Positions 58,213-64,000 of a stretch of 64,000 nt of DNA are shown here, in pieces. The notes beneath the pieces were generated by a model. It was not told the origin of the DNA and searched no databases. It saw only the letters and a list, made by a program, of their open reading frames with translations. The translations under genes were made by a program, and so were the position numbers. The stretch covers positions 1,216,001-1,280,000 of the forward strand of contig CAXXMD010000002.1 in the NCBI GenBank assembly GCA_963675755.2, given 5' to 3'. The DNA comes from a bacterium (GTDB lineage Bacteria > Zhuqueibacterota > Zhuqueibacteria > Residuimicrobiales > Krinioviventaceae). Each line of letters starts with the position of its first letter. The stretch's first letter is position 1.

Positions 58213-60312
58213 TTATGCTACCCATGCCAGGTCAAATTTTTCATTATAGGTCCTGACAAAATGGTGCCGGGTACCAAGATCAGTATCCAATTTCAACTGT
58301 GGATCTTTTTGCACCAGTTGAAACGCTTCTTTCCGGGCCTTGTGTAAAAGGTCCATATCTTTAACAATATCTGCAATTTTCAATTCGGGGAACCCATGCT
58401 GCTTTGTTCCAAAAAACTCACCGGGTCCTCGTAATTCCAAATCGATCTCGGCTATCTTGAATCCATCATTGGTCATGGCCATAGTATCAAGGCGTTTTCT
58501 GGCTTCCACGGATAATTGTCCATATCCTATCAAAATACACCAGGATTGCTTTTCACCGCGTCCAACTCGTCCACGCAACTGGTGCAGCTGGGTTAAGCCA
58601 AAACGTTCGGCATGTTCTATCAACATGATAGTTGCATTGGGGACATTCACACCAACCTCAATCACCGTGGTACTCACAAGGACTTGAATATCACCCTTTT
58701 TAAAAGCAGCCATTACCGCTTCTTTTTCTTCGCTTTTCATTCGACCGTGCAACAAACCCAATCGATAATCTTTGAAAAACGTGGTACTCATAATCTCATA
58801 ACTATCGGTAGCAGCTTTTAAATCCGACTTTTCTGTCTCTTCCACCAATGGAAAGACAATATAAACCTGCGAACCTTTGGCTACCTGGTCCCGAACAAAA
58901 TGATACACTTTGGAACGAGACCGTTCCTGCCGCCATTCTGTAACAATGGGCTTTCTTCCTGCAGGCAGTTCATCTATAATCGATACATCCAGATCACCAT
59001 AAACAGTCATGGACAACGTCCGGGGAATTGGAGTTGCCGTCATGACAAGAACATCAGGATTGATTGCTTTTTCCATAAGCTTTGCACGCTGCATTACACC
59101 AAAACGGTGCTGCTCGTCAATGATCACAAGTCCCAAATTCTGAAAATCAACAGTTTCCTGTATCAGTGCGTGCGTACCAACTATTATATGCGCTTGCTGT
59201 GTAGCAATTGCTTCAAGTACTTCCTGGCGAACCGCTTTGCTTTGTCCACCTACCAACAAGACGGCTTTAACTCCGATAGAATCCAGCATTTCATGGATTG
59301 TAAGGTAGTGCTGCTCTGCCAGAATTTCAGTTGGCGCCATAATAGCAGCCTGGTAATGGTTTTCTACAGCAATCAGCATGCTGATAATGGCTACCATGGT
59401 CTTTCCTGAACCTACATCACCCTGTAATAAACGATTCATGGAACGGGGACTCTTCATATCCGCACGAATCTCGTGGATCACACGTTTCTGGGCATCAGTC
59501 AGTTCAAAAGGCAGATTGTCAACCAACGTTTTTACCCGGTCTCCAACCTGTGTAAACTGAATACCGCCACGGCCATCCGAGTAATGGGTTTTCCGTAACG
59601 CAACCAGCAGTTCCATAAAGAACAACTCGTCAAACTTTAACCTTTTACTCGCTTCAGCTTTAACCTCATGACTCACAGGAAAATGGATTTGCTCAAGCGC
59701 GTCTGCCAGTCCCATTAACTTTTGGCGTTCAAGAATATCTTGCGGTATAGTCTCTCGTATGCTTTTTTTATAAAGCTTGATCAGATCAACCATCTGTCGC
59801 CGAAAACCACGACTGTCAAATTTGGTCTTTGTCAGGGCATCCGTAGAAGGATAAAGTGGTATAATTTTACCGGTGTGTATCAACTCTCCTTCCGCCTGAT
59901 TGCCCAGCATATCAAACTCGGGATGTACCATCTGCATACCGTCAAATCGGGTTACTTTGCCGCTGAATGCGTACCAGTCTCCTGGCTTGAACAATCGCTG
60001 CCAGATGGTAAACTTGCTGAACCAGATACAGGTCAGATACGATGTTCCATCAGTCACATACAAATGGAACCGATTCCGTTTACCGCGAACAAGCTCGTAT
60101 TTCACAACACGACCAATAATGGTTGCTTCCTGACCGTTTTTCAACTGGGCAATTTTGCCAATATAAGACCGGTCCAGATACCGTCTTGGGAAATAGTAGA
60201 AAAAGTCGATGATCTGATAGATACCCACTTTATTCAAAGCGGCTGCACGCTTGGGCCCAATGCTGGGTAACTTTTCAATGGGCTCGTTTAATATGGATGC
60301 AGCCTGGGTCAT
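58213..60312 (-). CDS. recG: ATP-dependent DNA helicase RecG
   Basis: QGDVGSGKT, APTEILAEQH, DEQHRFG, MTATPIPRT, QLRGRVGRG, DLELRGPGE. Confidence 0.98.
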   Translation of the reverse strand: MTQAASILNEPIEKLPSIGPKRAAALNKVGIYQIIDFFYYFPRRYLDRSYIGKIAQLKNGQEATIIGRVVKYELVRGKRNRFHLYVTDGTSYLTCIWFSKFTIWQRLFKPGDWYAFSGKVTRFDGMQMVHPEFDMLGNQAEGELIHTGKIIPLYPSTDALTKTKFDSRGFRRQMVDLIKLYKKSIRETIPQDILERQKLMGLADALEQIHFPVSHEVKAEASKRLKFDELFFMELLVALRKTHYSDGRGGIQFTQVGDRVKTLVDNLPFELTDAQKRVIHEIRADMKSPRSMNRLLQGDVGSGKTMVAIISMLIAVENHYQAAIMAPTEILAEQHYLTIHEMLDSIGVKAVLLVGGQSKAVRQEVLEAIATQQAHIIVGTHALIQETVDFQNLGLVIIDEQHRFGVMQRAKLMEKAINPDVLVMTATPIPRTLSMTVYGDLDVSIIDELPAGRKPIVTEWRQERSRSKVYHFVRDQVAKGSQVYIVFPLVEETEKSDLKAATDSYEIMSTTFFKDYRLGLLHGRMKSEEKEAVMAAFKKGDIQVLVSTTVIEVGVNVPNATIMLIEHAERFGLTQLHQLRGRVGRGEKQSWCILIGYGQLSVEARKRLDTMAMTNDGFKIAEIDLELRGPGEFFGTKQHGFPELKIADIVKDMDLLHKARKEAFQLVQKDPQLKLDTDLGTRHHFVRTYNEKFDLAWVA

Positions 60313-60323
60313 AATCCTGATAT

Positions 60324-61676
60324 TTATTTAAAAAGAACAGTATATTCAAATTGAGTTTCGCCATTCGCTGGCACTTTGATCTCAAACTCTACCTTGTGCG
60401 CTTCTTTTTTAGAAATTTTTGGGGTATCACCAATAAATTCCCAATCACCCCAAAGATTTTCTACAACATAAACAGTTACAGCCTCATCCTTGTGGTTACG
60501 CAGTTTAATGCGTACCGTTTGCTGCCGGCTTTCACGTCCAATTTTCTTGGTATCTACAACAATACGTTCACCAACAATATCAAACGCATCTCCAAGGTAT
60601 ATACGTACAGTTTCATCCTTGGGAGTATGGTCAATTGTATCTTCTCCAATAAACTCTTGAGATCCATCAACATCGGTTTTATACACCCGAATCTTGCCTT
60701 TTGGCAGCGGCATACCCAAACCATTATCTTTACTATTTTTCATCTCAAGGGTAACATTGACCTTGTTTTGCCTGTTGCCGTTAAAAGTATATATCTTTTT
60801 TACATCGGCACCGGCCGGGGGAAACAAAGAAAGTTGTTTAATTTGACGATCTTTGATTGTAGCGGGGCGTTGAAGCGTATATAAATGGTATTCAAAAAAG
60901 GATTTTTCTTCAAATTGCGGTTCAGCAGCTGCATATAAAACATCAGCTTTGGCCATACGGTCATAATTACGACGAGATTCGGGTTGTTCAATATTCACAT
61001 CACCTGCGACCAGTTTTAACTTGGCATTCTCATAGATTGCTCCGGAATTGTTTTCAACAGAAACCCAGCCACTCATGTTCAGTGCTGTATCATCCGTATT
61101 TACCACAGCAACATACTCGGCATGCCAGTTGATGCCCCGTGTAAGATAGCTGATCTGAGCATTATAATCACCTGTTTTGGGAGAGTCGAGCAGCCAAACC
61201 AGTGTTGGCCGGGTTATCAATCCATCAGATAATGAGGGAAATTCTACACTTTCAAGTGAAGTGGATTTTAATGCTTTTATCGTTCCATCAGATGTCTGAA
61301 CGATAATATCACCACCCATTGCACTCAGCAAAGTGCCATTTATGGTTCCACCGTCTTTGATGGTTGCAACAATATTCTGGTCAATATACTTTTCCAGCAA
61401 TCTGTTTGTACCAACCAGATCATATTCATAGTTTTGCTCAAGCATGTTTACACTATTATTGCCTGAAACAGCCTTGAAATGCACAGATGTAGCATCAATT
61501 TGTGATGCTACATTGGTAAACCGAAAAGGTTTTACACCTTTTTCAAGAGATACATTACGAGAATCTCTTACAAGTGCCAAATTATCATTATATATTGTTA
61601 CTGCCATATCATTAGCAAAAACAACCGCAGCAGACAGCAATAACAGCATAATTATAATTCCTTTTACTGTTTTCAT
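60324..61676 (-). CDS. DUF4139 family secreted protein
   Basis: Signal peptide; VTIYNDNLALVRD, EQNYEYDL, SYLTRGINWHAEY, EYHLY, PLPKGKIRVY. Confidence 0.88.
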   Translation of the reverse strand: MKTVKGIIIMLLLLSAAVVFANDMAVTIYNDNLALVRDSRNVSLEKGVKPFRFTNVASQIDATSVHFKAVSGNNSVNMLEQNYEYDLVGTNRLLEKYIDQNIVATIKDGGTINGTLLSAMGGDIIVQTSDGTIKALKSTSLESVEFPSLSDGLITRPTLVWLLDSPKTGDYNAQISYLTRGINWHAEYVAVVNTDDTALNMSGWVSVENNSGAIYENAKLKLVAGDVNIEQPESRRNYDRMAKADVLYAAAEPQFEEKSFFEYHLYTLQRPATIKDRQIKQLSLFPPAGADVKKIYTFNGNRQNKVNVTLEMKNSKDNGLGMPLPKGKIRVYKTDVDGSQEFIGEDTIDHTPKDETVRIYLGDAFDIVGERIVVDTKKIGRESRQQTVRIKLRNHKDEAVTVYVVENLWGDWEFIGDTPKISKKEAHKVEFEIKVPANGETQFEYTVLFK

Positions 61677-61752
61677 ATTAAACCCCTCTCCTTTGTTTAA
61701 TAAACATAACTTGTGTTCCTGTCAGTAAAACAACAGGTTTGCTTTATTAAAC

Positions 61753-64000
61753 CTAATCCTGGAGCAAAAGTTGCAAATTCTCTTCCAACTTTTTCAAGCT
61801 GGTTTGCCAATTTTCCTGCTTTTCTTTCTCTTTATCAATCACATCCTTGGGTGCGCGTGCAATAAAATCACGATTTGACAGTTTTTTGCTCAAACCGGCA
61901 AGTTGTTTATCAATTCTTTCGATCTCTTTTGAAAGCCTGCTTTTTTCCACTTCAATATCAATCAATTCGGCAAGCGGAACAACAATATCCATTCCCTGCA
62001 CAACGGCTGTTGCAGAAAGTTTGGGACGTTCATTGTCAAAAGTTATATGAGACACCCTTGCTAGTTTCTGAATTGAATGTGAACTGCTTTTGATCAATGC
62101 CTGTTTTGCTTTTGATGCACCCAGAACAATTAAATCCGCTTCTTTGGCCGGGGGAACATTCATTTCACCGCGTATATTTCGGATGGCACCAATAATCTGC
62201 TGTAACAGTGTCATATCTTTTTCAACAGATGCATCAATTCTTTCGGTTTCTGCCTTGGGATATGGCTGGCTCATAATGGATTTAACATCACTTTCCTGAT
62301 GTAATACATCCGGTAGATTTTGCCACAATTCTTCTGTAATAAAAGGCATAAACGGATGCAACAAACGAACAATATTGTCAAGTATATATACGGCGACTGA
62401 ACGTGCAACCTGTTGTTTTTCCGGATTTTCACTATCATATAACCGGCTCTTGATCAGCTCAATGTACCAGTCACAATACTCGGTCCAGATAAAGCTGTAA
62501 AGCGCATGAGTAGCATCGTTCATTCTAAAATCATGTAATGACTTTTCAATCTCGATAATAGCACGGTTCAAACGTGACAAAATCCATTTGTCAGCCATTT
62601 CCAGATTAGATTCAGGAATATCTTTCAGTAAAAGTACCGGTTGGTCTTCATCCAGATTCATCAATACAAAGCGTGAAGCATTCCAAAGTTTATTGGTAAA
62701 CTTTTGACCCAATTCAATCAAGGTGTGGTCAAATTTAATATCTCCACCCAGGGGTGTTAAATAGACCATGGTTAAACGGATAGCATCCGCTCCATATGCA
62801 GGTACACCTTTTTTATAAGATGGATTCACTTTTGAAAATGCTGTAATATCTTTACCATCCACACCATTGATCAGCCAAAGCGGATCCGGAGAGTTGCCAA
62901 GCGATTTTGACATTTTCTTGCCGGACAAATCACGGATCATTCCATTGAAATAAACATCTTTGAAAGGTATATCGTCCATAAATTCAAGTGAAGCCATAAT
63001 CATACGGGCAACCCAGAAGAAAATAATATCCGGGCCGGTTGCCAGTGTATCTGTTGGGAAAAACTTTTTCAAATCTGCAGTATCGTCTGGCCAACCCAAA
63101 GTACTGAACGGCCACAACCAGGATGAGAACCAGGTATCCAATACATCCTGTTCCTGTTCAAGGTTGGTGCTGCCACATTCTACGCATGCTTTGGGTTCGT
63201 CGATGGAAACCGTTACATGTCCATGTTCACAATACCAGGCAGGGATGCGATGTCCCCACCAGATTTGACGGCTTATACACCAATCACGAATGTTTTCCAT
63301 CCAATGGAAATAGGTCTCTTCCCAATGTTTGGGATGGAATTTGATCTGACCTTCACGAACGACCTTGATAGCCGGCTTTGCCAGGGGTTCCATTTTAACA
63401 AACCATTGGTCTGAAAGATGCGGCTCTACAATATCTCCGGAACGGTAGCATTTAGGTATAGCAACGGTTTTATTACGCTCACCACGTAACAGTTTCAAAT
63501 TCTCAAGATCAGCAAGGATCTTTTTACGGGCTTCAAAACGGTCCAAACCGTTATAATGACCAGCATTTTCATTCATTTTACCATGAGCGTCAATTACCGA
63601 GATCTGTTCCAAATTATGACGATGGCCTACTTCAAAATCATTAAAATCATGTGCAGGCGTTATCTTTACTGCTCCACTACCCAATTCAGGATCAGCATGT
63701 TCATCACCAATAATGGGGATCTCACGTCCAATCAAGGGTAAACGCACTTTTTTACCAATCATTGCCTTGTAACGTTCATCTTCGGGATGTACAGCAACAG
63801 CGGTATCACCCAGCATGGTTTCAGGACGTGTAGTAGATACAATGATCTCTCCTGATCCATCAGCCAATGGATATGCCAGGTCCCAAAACTTGCCTTCGGT
63901 TTCTACATTATCTACTTCTTCATCAGCCAGTGCTGTATAACATTTTGGGCACCAGTTGATCAAACGGCGTCCTCTATATATCAAACCTTTATCATATAAA
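61753..64000 (-). CDS. valS: valine--tRNA ligase (5'-truncated by window edge)
   Basis: TTRPETMLGDTAVAVHP, DWCISRQIWWGHRIP, DVLDTWFSS, KMSKS, C-terminal coiled coil; frame open to 64000. Confidence 0.98.
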   Translation of the reverse strand, partial: LYDKGLIYRGRRLINWCPKCYTALADEEVDNVETEGKFWDLAYPLADGSGEIIVSTTRPETMLGDTAVAVHPEDERYKAMIGKKVRLPLIGREIPIIGDEHADPELGSGAVKITPAHDFNDFEVGHRHNLEQISVIDAHGKMNENAGHYNGLDRFEARKKILADLENLKLLRGERNKTVAIPKCYRSGDIVEPHLSDQWFVKMEPLAKPAIKVVREGQIKFHPKHWEETYFHWMENIRDWCISRQIWWGHRIPAWYCEHGHVTVSIDEPKACVECGSTNLEQEQDVLDTWFSSWLWPFSTLGWPDDTADLKKFFPTDTLATGPDIIFFWVARMIMASLEFMDDIPFKDVYFNGMIRDLSGKKMSKSLGNSPDPLWLINGVDGKDITAFSKVNPSYKKGVPAYGADAIRLTMVYLTPLGGDIKFDHTLIELGQKFTNKLWNASRFVLMNLDEDQPVLLLKDIPESNLEMADKWILSRLNRAIIEIEKSLHDFRMNDATHALYSFIWTEYCDWYIELIKSRLYDSENPEKQQVARSVAVYILDNIVRLLHPFMPFITEELWQNLPDVLHQESDVKSIMSQPYPKAETERIDASVEKDMTLLQQIIGAIRNIRGEMNVPPAKEADLIVLGASKAKQALIKSSSHSIQKLARVSHITFDNERPKLSATAVVQGMDIVVPLAELIDIEVEKSRLSKEIERIDKQLAGLSKKLSNRDFIARAPKDVIDKEKEKQENWQTSLKKLEENLQLLLQD

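Overview
Gene-dense, AT-rich bacterial chromosomal segment with nearly all genes on the minus strand. Two proteins end in NYPNPFN-type (T9SS/FlgD-Ig-like) sorting tails, suggesting an FCB-related lineage such as KSB1/Calditrichota (inference). Left to right: secreted propeller proteins, an AT-rich orphan gene between REP-like palindromes, a Tat flavoprotein/polyferredoxin pair, a DUF134 + flavin disulfide reductase unit with a perfect operator-like palindrome, nhaA, an orphan LysA-like decarboxylase, a five-gene unit (CPBP protease, GNAT, divergent PurD-like ATP-grasp, ATE/Bpt-like aminoacyl transferase, secreted barrel-like protein), a lysine-riboswitch-controlled DapL-type lysine operon, a 16-kb hybrid transport locus in which an RND permease appears fused to an ABC ATPase, glcDEF, a DUF2723 (TMEM260-like GT-C) glycosylation neighbourhood, recG and a partial valS. 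Five single-base frameshifts in four genes, mostly at short homopolymers, look like assembly indels. Best candidates for an undescribed system: the RND-ABC hybrid exporter (27232-43348), the five-gene amide-forming operon (14504-19046) and the DUF2723 glycosylation cluster. No CRISPR array, rRNA, tRNA or transposase was seen.
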